Origin: Octopus bimaculoides
Lineage: Eukaryota
Length of the DNA: 64,000 nucleotides
Reading direction: 5' to 3'
Assembly: GCF_001194135.2 (NCBI RefSeq)
Contig: NC_068986.1
Span: 100,230,942 to 100,294,941 of the forward strand
The notes below the pieces were generated by a model. That model had not been told where the DNA came from and made no database searches. It saw only the letters and a program-made list of their open reading frames with translations. The position numbers were made by a program, and so were the translations under genes. This document shows, in pieces, positions 1-12,679 of this stretch; position 1 is the first letter of the stretch; every line of letters begins with the position of its first letter.

Positions 1-68
1 TATATATGTGTGTGTGTGTGTGTGTGTGCGTGCGAAAAAAATTCACAATTACAAAAAACGAACAAAAT

Positions 69-106
<38 letters not shown>

Positions 107-2656
107 CGTGTGTGCGTGTCTGTGTGTTTGTGTGTGTGTGCGTGCGTGTGTGTGAGTGCGTGAAGAAAACTAGGAATAATTTGATGCGAATAATGAAAAT
201 GAGAAATTTTCATAGTAAAGTTTAAAGAACAGCAGTGAAATAGGAAACGAAAGAATGAATTGCTGACCTCACATTTGCCATTTCTTCGTTTCAAAATTCC
301 CTTCTGATAAGAAATATATCCTATAACAAATATAGCTTTATATTTTCGCCTGCCATATGTAATTGTTGCATCTTAGTTTTAAACGAGAATAATAGCTTCC
401 CTCCTACAATGTCCGCTGCCAATTCACATGGTTCTCCTCGGTCTCTTATCGAGCTACTGATCAGCCACTAGACGTTCACCTTAGTGTCACACAATAAATA
501 GTTATAACCAAAGTTGATTGAGTTATTGATTTACTGCAGCAAACCGAAGTAAGTTAAGAACAACGAGGTCAAGTACAAATAATTCTATCAAGAGCTTAGA
601 CACAAGCATTTACTCTGAAATATTATTTTCCTTATGTATTCAATATCTAATCAAATTTATCGAAGCAAGACATCAAGCTATTCAAAATAAATTCCTTATA
701 CCATCCGAGATTTATTTTATGAATGCCCACTTGGCAGGTCAGCAAACGAAAGCAATGATGATTGGCATTGTCCAATAACATTTCTTAAAAAAAAATTCTT
801 TCTGAAACTGAAACCTTGCTAAGTAAATATGTGGCAATTAGCCAAAGACTGCTGTCACCCATCCAAGAATTCTCAACTTACCTATGTTGGTTTTCGATAT
901 TTTTCCTTTCACTCTTTATTTAACATGTCTCACTTTTTTTTCTTTCTGATGTGATATCGCCCTGCATAAATAAAAAGCAATACATTCGTTGACACAGTAT
1001 ATCTTAGTATTATTTAACAGATATTTTCTGATTTCTTCTTCAAATCTGCAATGTTTTTCCAACGTCTCATCTGATTTAGAATGGTAATATAGCTATAGCA
1101 TCGTATCACCGTGTCGCCTTGACGATGTGTTACTGTTTTGCGGTGGGGTTACGGGGAAAGCAAATGAGAGGTCTGCAGCGTGTAGATAGCGATCGATACT
1201 AAGTTATGTGTGTAGGCATGTCATATGACCCTCATATGACGTAATCCAAAAGACTCTGCAACATGTTAATTGGCGTAGGAAACATACGAACATCTCTGCT
1301 GCGGCAGAGAATTAAAAGTTACATATCTTCTTCTTTTTATAAAATTAAGTTCAGTGGCGTGTACCAGATATGTTACCCGAGATAATCTGGCTGAAACGTG
1401 AAATCTTGACAATAATAAAGCAATTGCCAAATGTGATAATAGGAAATCTCAGACGTTTCCGCCAAACAGACTAATATCAATATTGTTATCAGACTGGCGT
1501 ATGAATTGTCTCATTAGTTGCAATGCGGAAGTTTATCTTATTATTAGGTAGCTGTAGGTGTTTAGTTGTTGATGATTTTAGTTTCATCACCTTTCCGCCT
1601 CTTTCATTATGCCCTAAGATTGTAAGAGTAACTATGTCGATATGTGGCACAATAAATTGTGTAAACTAGTTTTGTTTTATTCATCAAGTTACCATAACAA
1701 CAAACCAGTTTTGTTGAAACTTGATGAATAAAGCAAACAAGTTACCAACATATTGCAAAACTTTTGAATCAAGACAATAACAGCAGTTTAATATATATTC
1801 TGTGAAAAGTGTCATGATTTTTGTTTCCCAGAGAAAATTTAATTTCCGTTTAGAAATTCTATTTCCTTCAACTCGTTTCAAATTTCGAGTAATTTATTTC
1901 CGTTGTTTTTGAACGTTTCCTACTTAACATACATGTTAAGGAGTCTCCATCCTTGGAAGCGAGTACAGGTGTTTCAACTAGCATGATAATTAATAATCCG
2001 TACCATTCAAAATGCCTCGCCTTACGTTTCTAGTAAGCCGTGTGGTAGTGGCGTAATGTAAATGCAAATAAATTTTAAACTTGAGGGTACGTTTGACAGT
2101 TACAAATGATTTAAGAGCACGGAAAGGGACATCTGAAGATATATACTATTGTTATTATGCGGTTTATAGTATTCTAGATGGAAGCAATTGGTCAAAAGGA
2201 AACGGTGAGAGTTAATACTGAAATATTGAAATGCTGGATTTATTTGCACCTTCAGCCCAGGTGGTAATAAGGAAAATGTTGGAAGTACAAGCAATGATTT
2301 TCATTGCAGTATACGCTCTAATAGCACTCTGAAATGCACATATAATACAGTACTATGATTTTCCATTCCCATTAGTTAATCTCTGTCTATCTTTCAGTAT
2401 GTATAAACTTATAATTGTATACTGGTGTNNNNNNNNNNNNNNNNNNNNNNNNNNNNNNNNNNNNNNNNNNNNNNNNNNNNNNNNNNNNNNNNNNNNNNNN
2501 NNNNNNNNNNNNNNNNNNNNNNNNNNNNNNNNNNNNNNNNNNNNNNNNNNNNNNNNNNNNNNNNNNNNNNNNNNNNNNNNNNNNNNNNNNNNNNNNNNNN
2601 NNNNNNNNNNNNNNNNNNNNNNNNNNNNNNNNNNNNNNNNNNNNNNNNNNNNNNNN

Positions 2657-2686
2657 TTAACGTTTCGAGCTTACGCTCTTCCACAG
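2657..2686 (-). ncRNA. Hammerhead-ribozyme-like motif of Penelope-like type (variant core), truncated by assembly gap
   Basis: Minus strand reads CTGTGGA-A-GAGC-GTAA-GCTC-GAAAC-GTT-AA: core CUGANGA with U at position 6, 4-bp stem II capped by a GNRA loop, GAAAC, self-complementary AACGTT. The 3' arm of stem I runs into the N gap. Confidence 0.5.
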
Positions 2687-2706
2687 AAAGAAACACAAAA
2701 AGAATG

Positions 2707-3956
2707 TGTAGGAGGTAAATAGACACTTTTAATTTTCAAAATTTCTCATCTAAATGTCTTAATAAGTTTTCAGCGGTGTAGAATTTAAAAGGTATTTATT
2801 CTTTTTCATTCCAGGTGCCGTTAAATTAAACAATTGCGAAGAGTAACCATACCACACAAAAACATTTCAGAAGAACTGTCAGATTTTCAAAGAGGTCGTA
2901 TTTTTGGGCAATCTGAGACTGGTCGTAGCCAGCGAAAAATTGCCGAAAATCTTCAAATTCCTGTTGCTACTGTTAATAGAATTGTAGTGCAATTCGAAAA
3001 CCAAAGAAAAGAATCAACAGAATCTCGTCCCGGCCGTCCTGGGTTCGAAGAAACGAAGCTACGCTGTTTGAAGATAATTGTGGAAAATGAACCCCGTTCG
3101 AAGGCTTCTGACATTGCAAAACGACTAGAAGTTAGTCCTAGAACGTGTGTTACATATCTGCATAAGCCTGGGTATTATGGACGAGCAGCAAGAAGAAAAC
3201 CTCTCCTTCAACTAATTAATGTCATGAAAAGAAAGAAATGGGCTAAGAAGATGTCTGAAAAATCCAGTTCATTTTGTGATAGAGTGATTTTCTAAGATGA
3301 ATCCAGGTTTGCATTATTATCAGACAGTGGACATGTTTGGGTCTGGAGGCTTCCCAATCGAGAATTTGATTTGAAACGACTCTCCAACCAACTGTGAAAC
3401 ATGGTGGTATCTCTGTGATGGTATGCTAAGCTATCACCAGCAATGGCCATTCTGAGCTGATCGAATGTATTGGAACCATAAACTCTGAAAAATACATCGA
3501 AATACTACTACTATGTATTCAGACGATAACATAACGAAAAATGAGTTTTTATTCATGGAAGATTGGGCACCATGCCACACAGCAAAAAGGAATCAACAAT
3601 AGCTGACTGAAAATGGGATCAAAAAGTTTCCTTGGCCGAGCCAATCTCCTGACATGAACCAAATTAAAAATCTTTGGAGCATACTCGATAGAGCTATACA
3701 AAAAACTTAACAGAAACCTAAATCTAAAGATGAATTGTTTCGATTGTTGCGTAAAAAGTGGGCAGAAATTCCACAAGAGATAATTACAAAGCTCTTGAGT
3801 CCAATGTCAGAAAGAGTTTCTCAATTAAAACCTGCAAAGTGAATGTCAACTAAATACTAAAGTATGTAGTCCTACCTATAAATTACATTTCAATTGTTCG
3901 CTTTGCGTATTAAATAAACGATATTGAAAATTAAACGTGTCTGTTTACTTCCTGCA
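2707..3956 (+). mobile_element. Tc1/mariner superfamily DNA transposon (Tc1, DD34E), near full length, inactive
   Basis: 33-bp terminal inverted repeats 2707-2739 and 3924-3956 (29/33 identical) enclose a transposase pseudogene; AATAAA near 3913. TA target duplication not resolved. Confidence 0.92.
2834..3860 (+). pseudogene. Tc1 transposase pseudogene
   Basis: N-terminal paired-like HTH (ELSDFQRGRIFG...GRP), YGRAARRKPLL, VIF*DESRF, QPTVKHGG, FMEDWAPCHTAK, WPSQSPDMNQIKNLW, ...STKY*. 34 residues lie between the second D and the E position, which is mutated to K. Several stops and frameshifts. Confidence 0.92.
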
Positions 3957-4079
3957 TGTCTGTGTATTTATATAAGGTTCATAAGTAAGATTGCATTAGA
4001 GAGAAGAAGAGAAGGGGTGAATGTGTATGTATGTGTACTCTCAATATTATTAAGCTGTTGAACGAATCTTCTACTCTCC

Positions 4080-4300
4080 ATACTTTAGCAATGTCTGCTT
4101 GGATCATTTGTGTAGGCTTATATGTTCACAATGTCCTCCTCCAGTGAACATTTTGAATTTCTAGTATTCATTTTGTATACCACTATCTTTATCAAAGTTG
4201 TTTTCTTGAAGCTGGAACACCAAACATTGTGACCACCTTTTGCAAATTTTGGGCGCTTCTCGACGCCTAATGTCAGGTTTAAACATCTGACATCAGTTTC
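4080..4300 (-). mobile_element. Very decayed CR1/L2-like reverse transcriptase fragment
   Basis: Frameshifted minus-strand translation AKGGHNV..SFKK/FDK and KFKMFTGG weakly resembles LDFxKAFDKV and WIxxFLTGR. Confidence 0.25.
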
Positions 4301-7300
4301 CACCTCACCACATTTTTTTTAGCAAAATATTTAATATACTGGATATTTTCTCGAAGTATTATAGATATTTTATGGGTAATGCCTTAATCTTCTCCAAAGT
4401 ATTATTGCAAATTCAATCATCCTAATAACAAAAACAAAGCTGATTGGATACTGAGCCAGCAAGTAGTTTAAAATATCCGGGGAATACACAGGGCCTGGAG
4501 GTGTATTCATGTGTCACCTTACACGTTTACACGAACAATACAACGCCTGATACTCTAATATTGTATAATATGCATTAAATGTTTCAGTGGTTGCTATTGG
4601 CAGGAATAAATTAAGAATAGGTGCATATTAATTAGAAACATTAAAATATTTAGTGGAATCTTGGGGACTTGCGTTGTGGTCAGCTGCCAGATAGCTCCTG
4701 GCCGCTCTCTCACGATTTCTGTGAATGTCGTTTATTCTCTTACTCATATAAGGAAAAGAGAAAGCAGGACGAGAAAATCTGCAAAATAGTAGATTTAAAA
4801 CCTTAGAGTAATTACATTGATTTCTTTTCCGTTCTGAAAGCAAAACTCACCAGAATCCACTCAACCTTTCATCTAGTCACAGGTAATACATTAACGTACC
4901 ATGCATGCACAGGCGGATTTTGTTCTTCTCCTCCCATATAAATTCGTTCGTGATGGTTGTACTGATGGGAGAAATCAATATAACAATATAAAATAAAAGA
5001 TAAAAGGACACTGAGGTGTTACATAAATAGGGATTAACGAGACAATTACTAGAAATCGCTTCAAAGAAAGTAACCATTCCCTATCGTATGAACATATCAA
5101 CTGAGGGTTATTTTCTATCAGAAATGAAAACTTTTGATCATACATGTCGAGATGCCATTAGTCACCTAATGGGAATAACATAAAGCTACCTCGCCTTTCA
5201 AACACGTTGACCGATTGGAACATACGTTCCGGCATTAGGCTTAATTTGTTGTTGTTAGTTCTTTTCCAGATCCAGATAAATCTTGATCGGACGGTCGAAA
5301 ATAAAATGTATTCCAGTGGTCACAACCGCTTCTCTGTAAAATTATATGAAAGACGATATTATATAATGTGCGTTTCATGGATATATTTGTTAATATGGTA
5401 TATGTGGCTGGACAAATTCTCCAGATTGATCTCATTTTTGGAGAGAGCTTTCTTGTTAAGTTTTCAGTATGATCTCTCTATTTTCCACCTACTGCCACTT
5501 TAATATGCACGAAATATTTTATCCTTCGGTGTAGATATGCAATTCTTTTGTTTTTTATATATAGTCTCACCGAAGCATAATGGTTTTGTACAAACTTTTA
5601 CATTATTAGATTAAGTATCATAACAACATCTCAAGATGGCATAATCACATATTCCAAGGCATCAAGCTACATGAAATGATTGGCGCATTCAAATAGTCCT
5701 TAAGTATGCAATATATGTCATGCAGACATATGCACCGTAGTATGGGTTTTGTCGAGAGAAAATATCTACATGGACATGTATTCTTCAAAATACAATACAC
5801 TCACACACACACACACACACACACACGTATATGAACGTATTAATAATGATAAGGAGAACGGAGATATTTCACATCCATAATTTTATTTAACAGTTATTTA
5901 CGGTATCCTGGTCCAGTAAAGGATACTGTAAATACCTGTTGAATAAAACTTTGGATGTGAGAAAACTCCGTTCTCCTTATCATTTTTATTACTATTACAT
6001 ACTCTACAGAAAGTATGCAGTCCTGAATAAGATACTCGGTTTTCCCAAGCGAGAATAGTTACCAGAGCGTATCGCTTATTGTTTGCTCGGCTATCACAAA
6101 ACGACCGTTCTGGTTAGCCGGCATTTGAAACCGAATGAAGAGGAAACGTGGTAAACGGCAGGATAGCATATCACTTTAAACTCAAATATATATAAACGAG
6201 GCTGTGTTTTCCAATAATCGTCGCAGCAGTGTTTCATGAGAATGACATACTCATTTCACCCTAATTGGAGCTTTCAATATCGTGCACCCAGAAATAATGT
6301 TTGTGCTTCAAAATATATGAAACAATAGCAGTAAGTTGCAGGAATGCCATACGCATCATGCTCAAATTGAGACTAAGCAATGCCTTTCATCACTCTGTCA
6401 CTTGGTTAGACGAAATTCCTGGTTCGATATATAGGAAAAAGCGAGTAATACCTTTCCACTTATATTGATGGATGTTTTTGGTTTCCGCTCACCGAAAGAC
6501 GACAGTAGAACGCATTACATTGTAAAAGTATCCAAATAATTTCTCCCTTTAGTGTTGGTCATATATGCCAAACAATCAAGTTATATGAAACGCTTAGTAA
6601 ATTCACAGACTTCAGGTATTTTGGTGTGACACTGCGTTTTAGACAACATGATATATGCCTGGCTTTGATATCGGTTAGAGCGGTATGTATTGTCATTAGA
6701 TTTTAAAATGGCAATATCACAGCATTTATAGTGATGACACGTTTGAACTTCATACTTATTTACATGTCTCAATTCAATGCATCACATCCTACATGGGGCA
6801 GTGGATTCAAATGTATTTAGTTGACTGTACCTAGCCGAGCACCTAATGCTTTTTAGTAGTTAATCATTGTTAGTCAATTGCTAAATTATAATAATGATAT
6901 GAACAGAACGCAACGCGAAACATACATTTAACCAGTAAACATTAACACAGACACACTGTCAGGCACACATATATATCATAACAATTCGGTAGACGAATAA
7001 TTCCTTTGATCACTGGAAACCTACAGTTGCAAAAATGTTCCAAGACACAATGCATTATGACAGAGCTCGAAATCATACGAATGCGAATGCTGAAAAAAAC
7101 TTTATTAACAACGCAGATGTGTCCTTAACGTAATACTATGAGTATATTAAAATTGTCCCTTTTACATAACATGCGAAACATTTAGCTTGCAAATATAAAA
7201 GTAAAGAAGTACAAGTGCGTGTATAAAGTATATTTGTTATATTTGGCAAATATCCTGTCAAGGAATGTGAATGTCATTGTATAGATATGTAAACAGAGTG

Positions 7301-8823
7301 AAGTTTATTTCACATTAATAATACACAAGTCTTAGAAGAAATTTAAGAGTGCAGAATGAAAATTATTTCACCATATATTTAAATACTATTACTAACTACT
7401 AACAAGTTACAGAAGTGGTTGTGCTGTAGGAAATTTGCATCACCTAACACAGATTCAAGTGGAACTTGGAGGGTGTGAGCCTGTAGTGCGTTCAATATAT
7501 ATCTTTCATATAAATTAGTGTACGACTTTAAACACAAAAGAGGTGACCTTAACAGGACACCTTGCATGCTGGAAAGGGCAGCTAAATTCCAACCACGAAT
7601 AAGAATAATTTCAAATTATTTATATAGTGTATATATANNNNNNNNNNNNNNNNNNNNNNNNNNNNNNNNNNNNNNNNNNNNNNNNNNNNNNNNNNNNNNN
7701 NNNNNNNNNNNNNNNNNNNNNNNNNNNNNNNNNNNNNNNNNNNNNNNNNNNNNNNNNNNNNNNNNNNNNNNNNNNNNNNNNNNNNNNNNNNNNNNNNNNN
7801 NNNNNNNNNNNNNNNNNNNNNNNTATATATATAATGACACCAAGGCTTTTATTGCTCTGCTTCTATCTACTTCTTTTCTCCACTGTTAAGAGAGTCCGAA
7901 GCAAAAAGAAGAAAAAACGATTAGGGATGGCAAGAAGAATGTTGCGCTTTATTTGATAACCAGTTGATCTAGCAACCGTGCTCTGATATCAGTGAGGGGG
8001 CCGGTGCGTATTCATGCCGTCGGGAGGTAGTCCCGGAAATAGCGCGCATTCGCTCCTGATGACCCCATACACTTGATGTCTTCCGGTATGAGGAGCTTTC
8101 GACTAGTAACACTTGCATGTGCAAGTTGTTTGAAGAACATGCATGTATTCGTCTGCATGTGCGCGTCAGTGTTGAACATTCTACACCATCTTAATTATTC
8201 GCTTGATTTATTAATTTATTTATTAACCAAGAAAAAATAAAAACATCTTAGCAAAGAAATAACTCAATTTTAACTCAGTAGGAATATGTACCTGCGTGTT
8301 CTTGAGAATGGAAGACGTGATGAATGTTTTTCTATTAGATAATCAACTGGTAGTGAAAAGCTCTTGAGAATTAATTTTCGGTAAAAAAACAGCAGTATCA
8401 AATTACAAAGCAAACATTGAATTAGCCATCCTGATGACTTTAAAGAAGACACTAGCTATAACAGGTGTATGATTTTCGTGTCGCTTCCTTCTATCTCTTT
8501 GTTTTCTTTAATACATGTTATTTCATTCTGATCAAAGGTTTAGTGTGCAGCTATATTTGGTTTTAGTTATTAGATGTTAATATATACCCGTTGTCTTCAA
8601 CAACGGGTATATATATTCTGTGACTTAAGGAACGACTAACCAATTCGATTTAAACATAGACCTTATTAGTTGACATTTTCCAGTATTGCTAGAGTAACAG
8701 ATAGTGATTCAATGTATTATTTCGCATATTAAATAACAATACTGGTAAAGTATCAGTGACACAATTGTAGAATTATGCCATAAAGGCAGTTGCTAATTCC
8801 ATTCCAATTCTTAATACTTACAG

Positions 8824-9034
8824 AAGGCTCGCTGACAGAATCGTTAGCACTTCGGCCAAAATTCTAAGTGATGTTTCGTCCGACTTCACGTTCTGAGTTC
8901 ACATTCAACAGAAGCCGACTTTGCTATTCAACCTTTCAGGGTCGATAAAATAAATAACAATTGAACAATGGGGTTGATTTAAGTGACTTAATCCACCCCC
9001 AGACCTGCTGGGCTTCTGCCGAAATTTGAAACCA
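8824..9034 (+). mobile_element. SINE family A copy (tRNA-derived), diverged
   Basis: Colinear with the 28185-28417 copy: CGTTAGCAC, GTTCTGAGTTCA, GACTTTGC, GGGTCGATAAA; tail GAAATTTGAAACCA. Confidence 0.8.
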
Positions 9035-9049
9035 GTACTTACATACATA

Positions 9050-9260
9050 AAGGCGGCGAGGTGAAAGAATGGCACGCCAGGTAAAACGCTTAGCGGTATT
9101 TCATCCGTCTGCACATTGTGAATTCAAATTCCGCTGAAGTTGACTTTGTCTTTTATCTATTTCAAAATCAAAATAAGAACCCATTGAGTAATGAGGTCGA
9201 TGTAATCGCCTTACCTCTTCCAAAAATTACTGGCCTTGTGCCAAAATTTGAAATCATTAT
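9050..9260 (+). mobile_element. SINE family A copy, second of a head-to-tail pair
   Basis: AAGGCGGCGAG head, GCTTAGCGGTATTTC, TTCAAATTCCGC, GGTCGATGTAATCG, tail CCTTGTGCCAAAATTTGAAATCATTATT. Confidence 0.85.
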
Positions 9261-10789
9261 TTACAAATATATGTGTGTGTATGTTTGCGTGCGTGTGCAA
9301 GTGTGCGTGCGTGTGTGAGTGTGTGTGTGGTTGTGTGTGTACTCCTGTTTCGCTCTGCCTTTGTATCAGGGGCTCTAACACTGCTAGATCGGCAGAAAGA
9401 GAAGTGAACACCAACATTAAAAGTCGAAAATAAGGTTATATGATGATGCTCAACCGAGCCGAGATAGCTGTGATTGTGTATATCTATGCATGCACTGTAT
9501 ATATGTGTGTGCGATTTCTTAGTAATTGTGAAGTAAACATATTAACCATATATTTCCTTGCACAGCAATATCATTTCGTTTTTTATAGCAATATGCCATG
9601 AATGGCTTTCTTTGATTGAGGACATTTCTGGCTGTCTCTGTTGTCAGGAATATCTTCTAAAATTATCATCCAAAACAAGAATGATCCTTTAAAATCACTC
9701 ACACGGGTTCTATCAATGAAATTTCACTCACAGTATTTTGGTTGACCCAGATGTGACCGAAAATATTCATCGAATGTTTGCGGCATGAGTTAGAAACTGT
9801 AACGCCATATTTACAAAGCGAATGTCTCAATCTTAGCCGGACTGCTATAGATATACGTTCTCCTCATCAATACACTCCATAAGACTGGCTACAATAACTC
9901 ATAACCTTTGCATGTGAACTTATCTATTTGGTTATTTAGTTTTTCCTACTTTAAAACACACACACACATACACACACACACACAGACATAGACACAGACA
10001 CACACCCATGTACACACACGCATAAAACCCACAAAGAAGTAGTGAAATAAAATCAAGACATATGCAAATATTTAACAAAACAAATGCTTTCTTAGTCACA
10101 TAAACATAAAGCAAACCTAAAAAAGTATATATAATCCTGTCAAATAACATGTGAATTTAAATGTTAGCTTTATTTTATATTGATGTTTTGTAAACGCAAT
10201 AGTAAATGCCAGTGAAGTAAGTCTGCATTTTACTTTTTAAAGTTTCTGTAATATACAGTTTTAAAACTTTCAGATATCTAGCTTTAAGAACTTGACTATA
10301 AATGGAAGTGGAAACCAGAAAAGGTTATATGTCGATGTAAAATAAAGGAAAAACAAAGAAAACAGCAAAAAAAAAAAAAAAAATCAAACTATTCACTTTT
10401 CTTTGATGTTGGAAGTCAAATTATCTTTATATGAAACTTCAGAAAAATTAGTGAACAACGAGAAATGAAACGCATTATGTTTGAAATATCTATTTTATCG
10501 TTGTATCCGAGGCAAATACGCCAATAAGTAAGATAGCGACCGAGATAATTTTTACTTATCGCGGAAATACTCTTGACAAAGAGGTGAAATTCTCAAATAC
10601 CCCTCACCTACCATCCTGATACCAAATCACTTATCTCTCATTGATTGATGCCTCTGGCCATAAGGAGTCAAAACTTGACTCTATTTATCGAACTATTGCG
10701 TGGATAATTATGTAAATATTAATATCATAAGAAAAACTGAATATTCACGCGAAAGACCTACTTGGTTCTCTGGTACGTACTTTACGTGA

Positions 10790-11010
10790 CAGTCCCTGAT
10801 GGTCAAGTTGTCGAGAGGAGGAATTAATTGTTGCTCTTATTTAACCCCAGGTCAAAACTCATCACACAGACCTTTAGGTGTTCCTGCAAACTCCATCACG
10901 TCAGTTATTCACGCATCTACCTAGAGCCAGATTATCCAAAAATTCTGCTCTATTTAAGATTGCTGGCTGTACTTTTCTGGACATTTGGCTGGTATTTCCA
11001 GGTATTTGGT
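10790..11010 (+). mobile_element. Decayed non-LTR retrotransposon RT fragment
   Basis: Frameshifted IVALI*P/GQNSSHRPL and TFLDI resemble IPILKPGK..SSYRPI and VFLDI motifs. Confidence 0.3.
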
Positions 11011-12434
11011 TGCTGACATAAAAAAAAGATATTTTAGCTCTATATAGCAGTAGTCACGAATCCATTTCGGTGTTTTTGTGTGACACACTGGCCAAAATAC
11101 TTAAAGTAGGGGTACAGAATATAAATATCTGTACATAGATAACCATTTGATGAAATGGACTCCTTTCAGCGTTATGCCAACATTGTAAACTTTACCAACG
11201 TTTCAATTACTCGGAGATTGAGATATATGATAACATCAGAGTCATTCAGGTTTCAATTTTAAAATTACAACTACTGATAACATCCGAATTATACAAGGAT
11301 GCATCCTTAACATTTCTAACATGCTAATGGTAATATATGGCTGAGTAAACCACTTTACACGGAAAATTTAAACCACTTTGTGCACAAACTATTGCTTCAG
11401 ATTTTCCTTGTTGCATAACACACAGGCGGCCGTCCAAACAAAAGCAAACGGTTATTAACACCTTTTTGAGGCAGCACATCTCAGAGTAAATTATACAAAA
11501 GCTCTTTCTTATTCGATCATGACTGTGCGTGACTTGGAAATATGTTCGTATTGTTTTTAGTAAACTGGAAAAATATACAGGAGTACGACGATATACTTAT
11601 AGTGTTTATCCATTCTACAGATTTTTGTTTCCTAATATTGAACAACAAACAATTTATATCTTATATTGTTACCGATGTGTTTGTTAGTTCAATGACAATA
11701 ATGTCACGAAGCAGTCTCAGATACAGATTCAGTTATTATTTTACGTTCACTCCAATGAATTATTAAAAACAAATTTTTCATTCGACTGTTCTATCCACAC
11801 ACAGAAACATACAGACACACACACAGACACAGACACACACAGACACACACAAACACACACATACACATACACGCAGACACACACTCACACACACACACAT
11901 AAAATAAACCCACATACACTCGCATACACTCGCATACACACACATTCGCAAAACTCAGTAATGTCATGCTCTCACTCTTCAAGATCTGGTTTCATTCTGT
12001 CTGAGAACTGGTTTGCTGCCTATACGTATGTATGTATGTATGTATGTATGTATGTATATTTGTTTGTATATTTGTTTTTTTATTTGTTTGTTTGTATGTA
12101 CGTATGGATAAGTGTGTGTATGTATGTATGTATGTATGTATGTATCGATGGATGCAAGTATGAATATTTGGATGTATACACGTATGCATATATTTATATG
12201 TGTATATATGTTCGTGTATATGCAGATGTGTGATTATTTAATTANNNNNNNNNNAAGTATGAATATTTGGATGTATACACGTATGCATATATTTATATGT
12301 GTATATATGTTCGTGTATATGCAGATGTGTGATTATTTAATTATGTGTGTTGTTTCTTTTTCTTTGAATAATTAGGTGTTAGTGTGTATCTTTGCTCGTG
12401 TGCGTTCTTGTGTGCATTTGCTATCCTTATGCTT

Positions 12435-12465
<31 letters not shown>

Positions 12466-12679
12466 CTTTCTTGTGTATGGTTTGTACTAGGATAGTTTAT
12501 GAGTACATGTATTTATTTCTTTGGATTTGTATATATTCTGCTGTCATTCAAATACTAGCCTATACTTACCTATACCCATACATGACTCCACCTATACGGA
12601 CTACACGGCCACACGTGCGTTCCGTGTGTATTGGCAGTGGTTCTGTTATCTACTAAACATGTTTTCTATTTAATATTCA

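Noticed and set aside
2100-2204. Open 105-nt phase 1-1 segment (TNDLRARKGTSEDIYYCYY...) with GTGAGA donor
   Set aside because: Acceptor lacks a pyrimidine tract and no homology is recognised; compatible with chance.
8056-8100. CTGATGA followed by a stem, suggesting a hammerhead; GCGAAT on the minus strand, suggesting an HDV-like ribozyme
   Set aside because: No GAAA after the putative stem II, and the spacing between candidate P2 and P4 (about 60 nt) is too long for an HDV-like fold.
12156-12343. Exact 89-bp tandem duplication (12156-12244 and 12255-12343)
   Set aside because: The copies sit on either side of a 10-N gap: typical unmerged contig overlap.
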